From NCBI GenBank assembly GCA_046074585.1, contig JBJTOM010000512.1, forward strand, positions 1,478 to 65,477: a stretch of DNA of 64,000 nt. The letters are read 5' to 3'. Both the position numbers and the translations under genes were made by a program. The notes beneath the pieces were generated by a model. It saw only the letters and a program-made list of their open reading frames with translations, was not told the DNA's origin and searched no databases. This document shows positions 9,019 through 18,553 of this stretch, in pieces; position 1 is the stretch's first letter; each line of letters begins with the position of its first letter. This DNA comes from Planctomycetota bacterium (lineage in GTDB: Bacteria; Planctomycetota; Planctomycetia; Planctomycetales; Planctomycetaceae).

Positions 9019-10116
9019 ATGTCCATCTCCCTGACTGCCGGCCTTTTTTTGGCGTTTCTGACGTCGGTGTTCGTAACGCCGATTGTGCGGTCGCTGTCTT
9101 TGCAACTGGGGCTGATTGATCTGCCTGGACTCCGCAAAGTGCACGTCATGCCAACTCCCAGAGGCGGTGGCATCGCAATTTTCCTCGGGCTGACAGTTTC
9201 GTGTCTGGCCACGGTGAGTGGTTTGTTGCCACTGCCACAGGGGAGCACCTTTGCTGCAACCGGGGACTTGCCGCGCCAGTTGGTCGCGATAGCCTGTGGT
9301 GGAGTGGTGCTGTTTTTCACGGGCCTGGCCGATGATCGCTGGAATCTGTCATGGAAGTTCCGCCTGGGTCTGCAGGTGGTGGTGGCTGCTGCTGTTGTGC
9401 AGTCGGGGGTGCGAGCCACCATTTTTGTTTCGCAGCCATGGTTTGGCTTTCTGGCCACGATGCTGTGGATTCTGGTGCTGACGAATGCCATGAATTTTCT
9501 TGACAACATGGATGCACTTTCTGCGGGAATCGGACTAATCGCAGCGGCGCAGTTTGCTGTGATTCTGCTGTTTATGGTTCGTGACCCCATTGTTCCGGTC
9601 GCGGCCGTGCTTTTGTTTCTCAGTGGGTCACTGTTTGGTTTTCTTTGCTGGAACCGGCCGCCCGCGTCGATCTTCATGGGTGACTGCGGGAGTAATCTGA
9701 TTGGATTCCTGCTTGCCACGCTCACGGTTGCCGGAACGTTCTACGAACGGTCCGGCAGTCGGCATGTGATGCTGGCACCTCTATGTGTGATGGCTGTTCC
9801 GCTGTATGACTTCTGCACGGTGATCTGTATTCGTCTGAGTCAGGGACGCAGTCCGTTTCATGGGGATAAGAGCCATTTTTCGCACCGTCTGGTTGAATTG
9901 GGGCTGCGACCGTCCAGTGCAGTCCTGACAATTCATCTGACAACTGCCATGACGGGACTTGGCGGACTCCTGCTGTATCAGGTTCCTGGCTGGACAGGTG
10001 CGATTCTTGTCGTCGCGCTGATCGCCATGATGCTGGCCATCATAGCGATTCTGGAATTTGTCGGACGGCGTACGGTTGTGGATGAGCGTCGCATCGCAGG
10101 GGCAGGGCAGAGCTGA
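9019..10116 (+). CDS. Glycosyltransferase family 4 (WecA/MraY-like polyprenyl-phosphate sugar-1-phosphate transferase)
   Basis: Multi-TM protein with the diagnostic motifs NAMNFLDNMDALSAG and FMGDCGSNLIGFLLA. Confidence 0.85.
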   Translation: MSISLTAGLFLAFLTSVFVTPIVRSLSLQLGLIDLPGLRKVHVMPTPRGGGIAIFLGLTVSCLATVSGLLPLPQGSTFAATGDLPRQLVAIACGGVVLFFTGLADDRWNLSWKFRLGLQVVVAAAVVQSGVRATIFVSQPWFGFLATMLWILVLTNAMNFLDNMDALSAGIGLIAAAQFAVILLFMVRDPIVPVAAVLLFLSGSLFGFLCWNRPPASIFMGDCGSNLIGFLLATLTVAGTFYERSGSRHVMLAPLCVMAVPLYDFCTVICIRLSQGRSPFHGDKSHFSHRLVELGLRPSSAVLTIHLTTAMTGLGGLLLYQVPGWTGAILVVALIAMMLAIIAILEFVGRRTVVDERRIAGAGQS

Positions 10117-12506
10117 TGCGGTTTTCAACGGCATCACTGGCTGCAACGCTGCTTTACGCATCGGGACTCTGGATCGGCGAGGAAGCTGCAGATGGACGCG
10201 GCCTGTACCTGGTCGTCCTCTGGACCGTGCTTTGCGCCGTGACAGCGGGGCGTGAACTCTTCGGCGTGGAGCGAACACGTGGCCTCCGATTCAGCATCGC
10301 GGACTTCGCTGTCGCGCTGGTTGCCGTGGGGCATCTCATCTCCAGCTGGCACCTTGAACAGACCGGTGGCGATCGCCGTGCAGCATGGAATCTGACCATG
10401 GAGTGGCTGGGGCTGGCTGCCGCGTGGTACACTCTGCGGACAGTCTGCAGGAATGCTCGCGACCGCACCCTGATCACTGAAACTCTGCTGGCGCTCATCG
10501 TGGGTCTTGCAGTGCAGGGAATCTGGCAGCATCACCTTTCATTTCCTCGTCAGGCCACATGGTATCAGGACCGTCGCGAGGCTCTGGATACAGCCCTTCG
10601 CACTCCGGGCAGCGCAGCCATGCAGCGTGTGCAGGAGATCATGGTGGAATTCAGTCAGATGGGAGTTCCATTGGAGGGGTCTTCACGAGTCCTGTGGGAA
10701 AACCGTCTGCTTTACAGCACTGAACCGCTCGGCACGTTTGCACTGACGAATACGCTGGCCGGACTCCTTGTTGCCGGGCTCATTCTGGCCACGGCCCGCT
10801 GGACGTCAGTGCAGAGCAGAATCGTGCATCAGACTGCCATCGGGCTGACCATTGCTGCGATCGGTTATTGCCTGGTTCTGACGAAGAGTCGCTCGGGGTG
10901 GCTGGCGGCCATTTGCGGCCTGCTGGGCCTTTGGTTGAGTTCCAGTCAGCGGGGCAGCTTCCGGTTAATGCTCCGTGCCGGCATCGCTGCGGCCGGGCTG
11001 GCGACGGTGCTGACCGTGGGAGCAGCCTGCTCGGGAGCCATCGACCGCGAAGTCATTCTGGAATCCCCTAAATCGCTCCAGTACCGATTCTTCTACTGGC
11101 TGGGGAGTCTCGAAATGCTGGCGGATCAGCCTCTGTTCGGCGCCGGACCAGGCAATTTCCGACAAGCCTATCTGCCGCACAAGCCGGACGAATCCAGCGA
11201 GGAGATTCGCGATCCGCATAATTACCTGCTGGAAGCGTGGTCATCCGCCGGCCTCGCAGGACTGGCAGGGATGCTGCTGTTTACAGGCGTTGCTGCTGCG
11301 GCCATCTGGCGACAGTCGGGTGAGGAGCCTGGAGCAGAAAGCGGCTGGTTTCCTGAAACGGGGCCACGGACGTCGGCGCCCCCGACTTCTCCGGCAGTCA
11401 ACCAGCGTGCGCGCACTCTGGCGGCCTCAGTTCCTGTGGCTTGCATTGCAGCAGGCTGGCTGCTGGATACCGGCTGGGAATGGCTGAGTGCAGATTCTCT
11501 TCGGGATAAGGCCATTGATCTGCTGCTGCTCGCTGGCGTTCCACTCCTGCTGATTCGCCGTCGACTTTCCGAATTCCCTGGTTCCACGGCCGCCCGTGCA
11601 GCGGCAACCGCAGTCCTCCTGCATCTGCTGGCATCCGGGGGATTTGGAATCTCCGTGGTGATGCTGACGGTCTTCTGCTGCTCAGCGGCAGGTCTCGGGG
11701 ATGCTGCGGCGGGGCCTCTCAGCACTGCCAGTCCCTCGGACCTGCTCCGTCGCTGGCGAATTGCCATCCGTGGCGTCATCGGGGTGCTGTCATTACTGGC
11801 GGCCACAGCGACTGTCGGGATGGGTATGGTGCCACTGATGAGAGCTGAAAGAGCACTCGACAAAGCACTGGCACTCGCTGCCGACAGTCGCGCGCAAACT
11901 GAGACTGGGGTTGACAATGTTCGAACGGCATTCCGGGACGCGATCGCGGCTGACAGGCGACGTTCTGGTACGTGTCAGGCATGGGCTGAGTATGAGTTGG
12001 GTCAGCTGCGTGCTCGTCTGGGGGAGCCTGCGTCCAAGTCTTCGCCAACGGGCCATGGCGGATCTGAAGCTGGGATGCTGTTGTCCGGTATGGCGGAAGC
12101 CTGCGATGCCTGGATTGAGTCGGATCCGAAAGGTTTTGCTGCCTGGCAACTGCGTGGGATCGGTCGTCGACTTGTCTGGGAGCATTCCGGTGACAAGGTT
12201 TTGCTCCAGCAGGCGCTGGATGATTTCGGGGAAGCTGTGCGGAGACACCCGGGCCAGGCAGACGTCTGGCTGCAGAAAGCTGAACTGGAGCAGGAGGCTG
12301 GCGGTGCGAGTGCAGCCTGGTCCTCGGCGGCCAGAGCGGAAACGCTCAACCAGATCAATCAGGCATGGGGACATCAGGACCAATTCCTGTCTGAAGCTCA
12401 GGAGCAACGTCTGCGGTTGCTGGGGCAGGGCAGGGGGGAGTCGATAGGCAACGGTGGCCAGGAAATTCCGGCTGCACGGCAGGAAGCGGGGCAGAAAGTT
12501 CCCTGA
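10116..12506 (+). CDS. O-antigen ligase/polymerase (Wzy_C) family membrane protein with C-terminal TPR-like region
   Basis: LTKSRSGWLAAICGLL and PHNYLLEAWSSAGLAGLAGMLLF are typical Wzy_C motifs, with many TM helices. The start ATG overlaps the stop of the upstream GT4 gene by 1 nt (TGATG). Confidence 0.75.
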   Translation: MRFSTASLAATLLYASGLWIGEEAADGRGLYLVVLWTVLCAVTAGRELFGVERTRGLRFSIADFAVALVAVGHLISSWHLEQTGGDRRAAWNLTMEWLGLAAAWYTLRTVCRNARDRTLITETLLALIVGLAVQGIWQHHLSFPRQATWYQDRREALDTALRTPGSAAMQRVQEIMVEFSQMGVPLEGSSRVLWENRLLYSTEPLGTFALTNTLAGLLVAGLILATARWTSVQSRIVHQTAIGLTIAAIGYCLVLTKSRSGWLAAICGLLGLWLSSSQRGSFRLMLRAGIAAAGLATVLTVGAACSGAIDREVILESPKSLQYRFFYWLGSLEMLADQPLFGAGPGNFRQAYLPHKPDESSEEIRDPHNYLLEAWSSAGLAGLAGMLLFTGVAAAAIWRQSGEEPGAESGWFPETGPRTSAPPTSPAVNQRARTLAASVPVACIAAGWLLDTGWEWLSADSLRDKAIDLLLLAGVPLLLIRRRLSEFPGSTAARAAATAVLLHLLASGGFGISVVMLTVFCCSAAGLGDAAAGPLSTASPSDLLRRWRIAIRGVIGVLSLLAATATVGMGMVPLMRAERALDKALALAADSRAQTETGVDNVRTAFRDAIAADRRRSGTCQAWAEYELGQLRARLGEPASKSSPTGHGGSEAGMLLSGMAEACDAWIESDPKGFAAWQLRGIGRRLVWEHSGDKVLLQQALDDFGEAVRRHPGQADVWLQKAELEQEAGGASAAWSSAARAETLNQINQAWGHQDQFLSEAQEQRLRLLGQGRGESIGNGGQEIPAARQEAGQKVP

Positions 12507-12575
12507 GTTCACGATAACATCCACAGCACTGCCTCCGCGCAGGGCTCAAAAAAGTGATTCACTCCGGAGTCTCTC

Positions 12576-13790
12576 ATGCAAAAATTTCTGATCGGTCTGG
12601 CACTGGTGGGCGGACTTATTGCAGCCGCAGTTCTGCTCTCACCGGCTCGCGAGGAAAGCATCGCGGATCGACTGCAGCAGATGAAATCCGACGAAAAGGC
12701 CATCATCACTCAGTTCAGACAGCCGGAAAAAGTCAGTGATCTGCCGGTTCCCAGCCCGACCGGTCCGTGGCCCATCGCTGAAGCTGCAGAGCTGGTGTTT
12801 TCATTTGGTCGGATGCCCGTGCGATCCACCAACTCCCATTCCTTCACCATTCAGAACACGGGTGAAGCGGACCTGCAGCTCAAAGCGGGCACGACCACCT
12901 GTAAATGCACGACGTTCGGTTTCGGCGCAGATCCGAAAAATGCGGAAAAGACGGCGGTGGTCGCCCCCGGTAAAAGTGTCAGCCTGCTGATGAACTGGAA
13001 GTCGGGTGACGTGGCCGATCGAGCGTTTCGGCACGGAGGCGAAGTACACACCAACGATCCCCGGAACCCGCTGATCAAACTTGCTGTGGAGGGGGCGGTC
13101 GAGATTCCGTTCGAGGTCATGCCGCAGTACTTCTGGGACTTTGGTGCGGTCTATCAGGAACCTGCACAATTTGCTGCGGGGCTTGGTTCACGTCTGCATG
13201 ACGCTTTTCAGATTCAGTCCGTCAGCAGCCCTTCCGGTCTGGTTCAGGTGATGATACAGCCGATGTCACCTGAAGAACTGGGCCGCGATCACTTTGCAAG
13301 TGGCTACTCGCTGAATGCAACGGTGTCTGCCGAAATTCCCCCGGGGCTCTTTCAGGAAGAGCTGGAGATCGTCACCTCGGTACAGCCTGAGCCCATCAGG
13401 ATCACGGTGCGAGCCCGCAAGTATGGAGCGCTGCGGATCCAGGCGATTGCCGGCACGACCTTCAATTCTGACACGATGTCACTGCAACTGGGGTCCTTCA
13501 AGGCCGCAGAAGGACGTGAGGCGCGGGTGCTGCTGATTGTTGATGAAAAAGACATGCAGGAGCCGTTTAAGGTCGAGGTCGCCGAGGCTGATCCCGCATT
13601 TCTGAAGGTGGAACTGCAGCCTGTTGGCATGCCGTCGGGTACCGTCCATCGCTATATTCTCGCTCTGCGGATTCCTCCGGGGCGTCCGGTTGTGCAGAAG
13701 ACAGAAACGAATCCCGGCAGAATACGGCTCAGTACCAATCATCCATCCGGAGACGGTCTGTCCCTGGGCCTGCTTCTGTACTCCAATTAA
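12576..13790 (+). CDS. DUF1573 domain-containing protein
   Basis: N-terminal anchor, then FSFGRMPVRSTNSHSFTIQNTGEADLQLKAGTTTCKCTTF, which matches the DUF1573 signature (FDFG...NtG...L.I....CgCT). Ig-like repeats follow. Confidence 0.75.
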   Translation: MQKFLIGLALVGGLIAAAVLLSPAREESIADRLQQMKSDEKAIITQFRQPEKVSDLPVPSPTGPWPIAEAAELVFSFGRMPVRSTNSHSFTIQNTGEADLQLKAGTTTCKCTTFGFGADPKNAEKTAVVAPGKSVSLLMNWKSGDVADRAFRHGGEVHTNDPRNPLIKLAVEGAVEIPFEVMPQYFWDFGAVYQEPAQFAAGLGSRLHDAFQIQSVSSPSGLVQVMIQPMSPEELGRDHFASGYSLNATVSAEIPPGLFQEELEIVTSVQPEPIRITVRARKYGALRIQAIAGTTFNSDTMSLQLGSFKAAEGREARVLLIVDEKDMQEPFKVEVAEADPAFLKVELQPVGMPSGTVHRYILALRIPPGRPVVQKTETNPGRIRLSTNHPSGDGLSLGLLLYSN

Positions 13791-13835
13791 TCGCTCCCTC
13801 AGCAATCGTTCGCAATACTCACGCAGGATGCTGCC

Positions 13836-15419
13836 ATGAAGCGTGCCTCAGTCTTCCTTTTCGTCGGCTTTCTGGGGCTGGTGTTCCTCGCCGCTTCCAT
13901 GTTCTGGATGCCTCGACAAGTCAGTCAGCCGGCAGTCAGCCAGCCCTCAGCAAGCACAGCAGGAACCACCCCCACGGCCGCAGCAATTCCGGCAGCATCA
14001 CTGCAATTCCCCAACTGGCCCAAACCCGCAGCTGTGCTGGTGGTGACCGGTGAGCAGCAGGGGTATTTTGAACCCTGTGGCTGCACCGCAAGCCAGCTCG
14101 GTGGAATGACGCGCAGGGCGGGTCTGTTTCGCAAACTCCGAGACCTCAGCTGGGATGTGCGAGGAGTGGACCTTGGCAGCGTTTCGTCGCGCACCGGCGT
14201 CCAGGCGCAACTCAAATTCGAAACCACTCTGCAGGCCCTTCGTGAGCTTGGATATGTGGCACTTGGGGTTGGCCCCGAGGAGCTCCGGCTGGATCCGGGT
14301 TATCTGCTCTCTCAGCACCTGACTGACGGTGAAGATTTCCTTGGGTTTGTCAGCGCAAATCTGACGTTTTTCGGGACCCGCGATCTGGGGACACCCCTGG
14401 CACTGCGAATTCTGGATGTCGGCGGAGTGCGCATCGGGATCACCAGCGTGCTCAGTGAAACACTCAGAAACCAGGTCCTGCCGGCCGGGAGCCCGGCTGG
14501 TGACGCCGAATGGACCAGTCCTGAAGAATCACTCAGCTCCGTGATGCGGGAATTTGACGCTCAGCAGGTTCAGTTCCGCGTGCTGTTGTCGCAGGCCACG
14601 CTGGAAGAATCACGTCAAATTGCCAGAACCTTTCCGCAGTTCAATCTGGTTGTCTGTGCTCAGGGCTTCGGCGACGGTGAGTCAGAACCTGAACTGGTCG
14701 GCTCTGTGCGGCTCATTCAGGCCGGCGAGAAGGGGAAAACGGCAGGCGTGATCGGCATTTATCCGGCCAGTGTCGAGCAACCGGTTCGCTTCGAACTTGT
14801 GACACTCAATGGCGATCGCTTTGGAGATGACCCAGCGATGATCGAGCTGATGCAGCAGTACCAGCAACGACTCAGAGAGCAGCGTCTGGTCTCCGCAGAG
14901 GCTCCGGTGAGGCACCCCTCCGGGGCGTCCTTTGTCGGTGCACGCAAGTGTGGCGAGTGTCATTCGAAGGCGTTTGCTGTCTGGGAGAAATCCGCACACG
15001 CCCATGCCCTTGAAAGCCTTGATCCGGCGAAAGCTCGTCGCGGTGCGGAACGACTGCATGGCATTCAGCGTTTCCACGACCCGGAGTGTCTTGCCTGCCA
15101 TGTCACCGGCTGGGATTCTCGCGATTATGTGCGTTTTGAAACCGGATTCCTCAACCAGGAATTTGCGGCTGACCAGGCTGAGCAGGGGCTGGAACGCCTG
15201 CTCGCAGGCAACCAGTGTGAAAACTGCCACGGGCCTGGAAGCCGACATGTCGAACTGATCGAAAGTGGAGCCGATGCCTCGACGGCGGCGCAGTCAGTTC
15301 GCGTGACGCTTCAGCAGGCTCGCGATACGGCCTGCTATCGCTGTCATGACGGCGAGAACAGCCCGGAATTCGATTTCGACAGGTATTGGCAACAGGTGCA
15401 GCATCCCGGGAAGGACTGA
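13836..15419 (+). CDS. Multiheme c-type cytochrome family protein (4 CxxCH)
   Basis: Signal peptide, then four heme-binding motifs in the C-terminal third: CGECH, CLACH, CENCH and CYRCH. The N-terminal ~330 aa were not assigned. Confidence 0.75.
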   Translation: MKRASVFLFVGFLGLVFLAASMFWMPRQVSQPAVSQPSASTAGTTPTAAAIPAASLQFPNWPKPAAVLVVTGEQQGYFEPCGCTASQLGGMTRRAGLFRKLRDLSWDVRGVDLGSVSSRTGVQAQLKFETTLQALRELGYVALGVGPEELRLDPGYLLSQHLTDGEDFLGFVSANLTFFGTRDLGTPLALRILDVGGVRIGITSVLSETLRNQVLPAGSPAGDAEWTSPEESLSSVMREFDAQQVQFRVLLSQATLEESRQIARTFPQFNLVVCAQGFGDGESEPELVGSVRLIQAGEKGKTAGVIGIYPASVEQPVRFELVTLNGDRFGDDPAMIELMQQYQQRLREQRLVSAEAPVRHPSGASFVGARKCGECHSKAFAVWEKSAHAHALESLDPAKARRGAERLHGIQRFHDPECLACHVTGWDSRDYVRFETGFLNQEFAADQAEQGLERLLAGNQCENCHGPGSRHVELIESGADASTAAQSVRVTLQQARDTACYRCHDGENSPEFDFDRYWQQVQHPGKD

Positions 15420-15431
15420 GGCGCCTGTTGA

Positions 15432-16892
15432 TTACGGGGCCGTGGCCGCCGGGTCGTCCAGCAGCCGCATTTGATCACTCAGCAGTTTCCGGAGCTCATG
15501 GAGTTTTCCACTGTGCTGGGGCTGCCCGGCAAGGTTGGTTTGCCCGTGCCCGGACGAACGATGCTCCGGAAGCAGCTCCTGCGGATTCCATTCGAGGTTG
15601 AACAGCTGGACTTCGTCGATGCCGAGGGCAGGGGCCTTGTAGGTGATGAGCTTCCAGTTGCCCTGCCGCACGCAGCGAATGCCCGGTTTCTGTCCACCGG
15701 AATAGGCACCATAGAGCACGTCTCGGACCACCTTCCGGTGTCCTTCGAGCACCGGCCGGAGGCTGAGACCTTCATTGGATTCCGGGGGCGTGATTCCGGC
15801 GAAATCACAGCAGGTGGCCAGCAGATCGAGCAGGTAAGCGTTGCCTGCGGCGCGGCTGTTTGCTGGAATTCCCGGTCCCGCAACAATAAACGGGACGCGC
15901 CACGTGTGCTGATACAGGTTCTGTTTTCCCATCAGACCGTGGCGTCCGATTGACATACCATGATCAGCGGTATAGATCACCACGGTGTTGTCCAGTTCGT
16001 CGAGTTCATCCAGACGCTGCAGCACGCGACCAATCTGTTGATCAATCGATTCACTGCAGGCCATCTCCCGGCCCAGTTCGTTGCGAATGCTGGCTTCATC
16101 GCGGTTTCGCCAGACGCCACTCACCGCAACCTCATCGCGAACGTCGGCATCTGAATTGTTGAAGGGATGTCTGATCAGGTAGTTCCCTGGCAGCGCAGGC
16201 TGCAGCGGATTCAGTGGTGGCCGCCTATCAGGATCTGCATGGTTGACTGCACCATACTTTGCCAGCAGTTCCGGGGTACCGTCCCGTGTATCATGCGGGT
16301 GCGAAAACCCAAAGTGAATATAAAAGGGACGCTGGTCATTTGTGCGACGGCGTTCGCCGAGATAATCCAGCACCTGTTCTGCGTGCCAGGCACTCCCGCT
16401 TTCCGCCGTCCCGCCCCGTTTCGTCGCGTCTCTGCGAACGGTGAACTGTCTGTTGGCACCTTCATAGCTGTTGCCGACCTTGCACGTTCGCATTGTTGCA
16501 TAGCCCGCACGGTTGAAAACAGCGGCGACGGTATTCTGTTCAAGTCCCGGTGGACAGAGCGATCCCTTGTGGGGACCAATCGGCAAATGCCACAGTGTCC
16601 GGCCACTCATCATCATGTGCCGTGAAGGGGTGCAGACGGCACCGCTGAAGGAACCCATGTGACAGACGTTATCGAGGACCATGCCACGCTGTGCGAGCCT
16701 CGTCAGGGCAGGGGCCTGCAGAGGAGTCGCCGGGTTGTACATCGGCAGATCTTCCGGCGACTGATCGTCGACGAGAATGAACAGAATGTTTGGTCGACGG
16801 CTCGCTCCGGGAAGCGGTTCTGCGGCAGGGCCGACAGGGCAGGGCAGGGCAGACAGCAGCAGAAGCAGCAATGCAGGAAATCGGACAGACAT
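15432..16892 (-). CDS. Sulfatase (arylsulfatase A family)
   Basis: Signal peptide, ILVDDQSPEDL, and the sulfatase signature CTPSRHMMMSGR (C-x-P-x-R, the FGly site). Confidence 0.9.
   Translation of the reverse strand: MSVRFPALLLLLLSALPCPVGPAAEPLPGASRRPNILFILVDDQSPEDLPMYNPATPLQAPALTRLAQRGMVLDNVCHMGSFSGAVCTPSRHMMMSGRTLWHLPIGPHKGSLCPPGLEQNTVAAVFNRAGYATMRTCKVGNSYEGANRQFTVRRDATKRGGTAESGSAWHAEQVLDYLGERRRTNDQRPFYIHFGFSHPHDTRDGTPELLAKYGAVNHADPDRRPPLNPLQPALPGNYLIRHPFNNSDADVRDEVAVSGVWRNRDEASIRNELGREMACSESIDQQIGRVLQRLDELDELDNTVVIYTADHGMSIGRHGLMGKQNLYQHTWRVPFIVAGPGIPANSRAAGNAYLLDLLATCCDFAGITPPESNEGLSLRPVLEGHRKVVRDVLYGAYSGGQKPGIRCVRQGNWKLITYKAPALGIDEVQLFNLEWNPQELLPEHRSSGHGQTNLAGQPQHSGKLHELRKLLSDQMRLLDDPAATAP
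16828..16849 (+). other. Canonical G-quadruplex motif G3N6G3N2G3N2G3
   Basis: gggccgacagggcagggcaggg has four GGG tracts with loops of 6, 2 and 2 nt. It lies on the strand opposite the sulfatase coding strand, within the signal-peptide codons. Confidence 0.4.
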
Positions 16893-16942
16893 GACAACGT
16901 GGCTCCGACAAACATGAGTTTTCAGCGGGAGTTGCTGGAAGC

Positions 16943-18148
16943 TCAGTCTGGCAGATTTGCTGCGCCGATGCCAGGTGACATGTCGTCCAGAAATCGCAGC
17001 AGTTCCCTTTCAATCTCAGCGGGATCGCCGAAGGCGTTCCTGAAATCACTCAATCGCTCTTCCGCGGAGTAGTTTTCAAATGGTCCACGTGTTGCCAGTC
17101 TTTTCACGTAGTCGGCAAACTTTGTGTTTTCCGCCTTCGAGCGACCAGTGCTGAGATAGCATGTGAGTGCCCAGGAAAGGCTGTAAGCGTCGAAGGAGCG
17201 GCGATTGAAGAATTCATCAGATGCAACAAGTGCAGCCACGTCACCCAGTGTGCGTCGCCGGCTGTACTCACGACAAAACCAATCCAGACGTTCCGGGTTA
17301 ATCTGTTCCGAGGGCTTCAGTATTCGGCCGTGACCGCGGATGCGTACCCGACTGGATTCCAGATGCAGGGCGAGCCCTTCCACAAGCCATTGCGGGGACA
17401 GGCCAAAACGACTGTGGATCCCGACATTGAATCCAATCTGGTGCGTTGTTTCATGGATGATGGTATCAATTGTGCGGGCCGAGAGTGTTCCCCCCAGAAG
17501 CATTGCGGGACGCTCACTGCTGAGACGGTCTGCGGGTGTGGAGTTGCCCGGCTCAACGAGACTGTTCAGCGCGTCAAGCACCACCACTCGGTTGGTTTTC
17601 AGCGAATAGTATCCCCTGAGATCCCGTGACCACGGAGTATGATCCTGCTGACAGTAGTCTTTGAAGTGCGTTTGACTGGCGAAGACAATCGCCACCAGGG
17701 GCAGGGCAGGGGCAGAGGCTGGCAGATTTCGGGCCGCAAGGAATCGGGAAACTTCACCGAGAACACGTTCGAAGATTTCCGCGTACGCAGCCAGTGTTTC
17801 CCGGGGAGCCGCCACCACAAAGTGTCTTGAGGCTTTGACTTCATATTCACGAGGCAGTTCACTTCGCAGTCGCTTCAGAAACGCATCGACCGACGCCGAA
17901 TGAAACACCGGCGAAGCAACCTCCAGATGCGTAATCTGACTGGCTGGCAAATGCACCACTTCGCCAAATGGATCCATAATCCAGGTGGCCTCGTCACTCC
18001 GTGCCAGAACTCGACCGGTCCACGACTGATCCCCCGACTGAAACTTCATCAGTCGCGGAGGTTCCTCAGCGATCGCTGTGAGACTGAACCAATTGGACAG
18101 CAGCAGGCAAAGGAATGCAGCAGAAGAGCAGTATTTGGGGGTGGACAT
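16943..18148 (-). CDS. DUF1570 domain-containing protein (putative HExxH metallopeptidase-like)
   Basis: Signal peptide plus the HExxH motif in TIIHETTHQIGFN. The length and organisation resemble the planctomycete DUF1570 family. Confidence 0.65.
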   Translation of the reverse strand: MSTPKYCSSAAFLCLLLSNWFSLTAIAEEPPRLMKFQSGDQSWTGRVLARSDEATWIMDPFGEVVHLPASQITHLEVASPVFHSASVDAFLKRLRSELPREYEVKASRHFVVAAPRETLAAYAEIFERVLGEVSRFLAARNLPASAPALPLVAIVFASQTHFKDYCQQDHTPWSRDLRGYYSLKTNRVVVLDALNSLVEPGNSTPADRLSSERPAMLLGGTLSARTIDTIIHETTHQIGFNVGIHSRFGLSPQWLVEGLALHLESSRVRIRGHGRILKPSEQINPERLDWFCREYSRRRTLGDVAALVASDEFFNRRSFDAYSLSWALTCYLSTGRSKAENTKFADYVKRLATRGPFENYSAEERLSDFRNAFGDPAEIERELLRFLDDMSPGIGAANLPD

Positions 18149-18553
18149 CAGGCGTATCTTCAGGGAATGCGCGCAGGACGGAAAAGCGAGCCGGGATTCG
18201 ATTGATTGGTGCGGGAGTTACCTCGTTTCTGCATTTTGCGTTGCAGGGAGTCCTCACCTGCGGTCTTTTTGAGTGACAGCGGGGGGAGGCCACCAGGTTG
18301 GCGGGAATTGTTTGGGATTTACAAAGCTGTGGATCTTTGGCAACGAACTGTGATGTTCCGTCGAACGGCCTGGTGTTGCTGCCAGGGTACAGATGTTGCG
18401 AATGAGCATCACTTCTCCGAAATCTGAACCCGGTAGTTCCCTGCGGGACGTGGGCTTGACTCTGGAGTCTGCTCCGGGAAACTGCTGCAAAGCGGCGCTG
18501 CCTGCTCAGCCCCCCTGTCCCATGACCTGCCTCCAGTTGTTCGGAGTTCCCGC

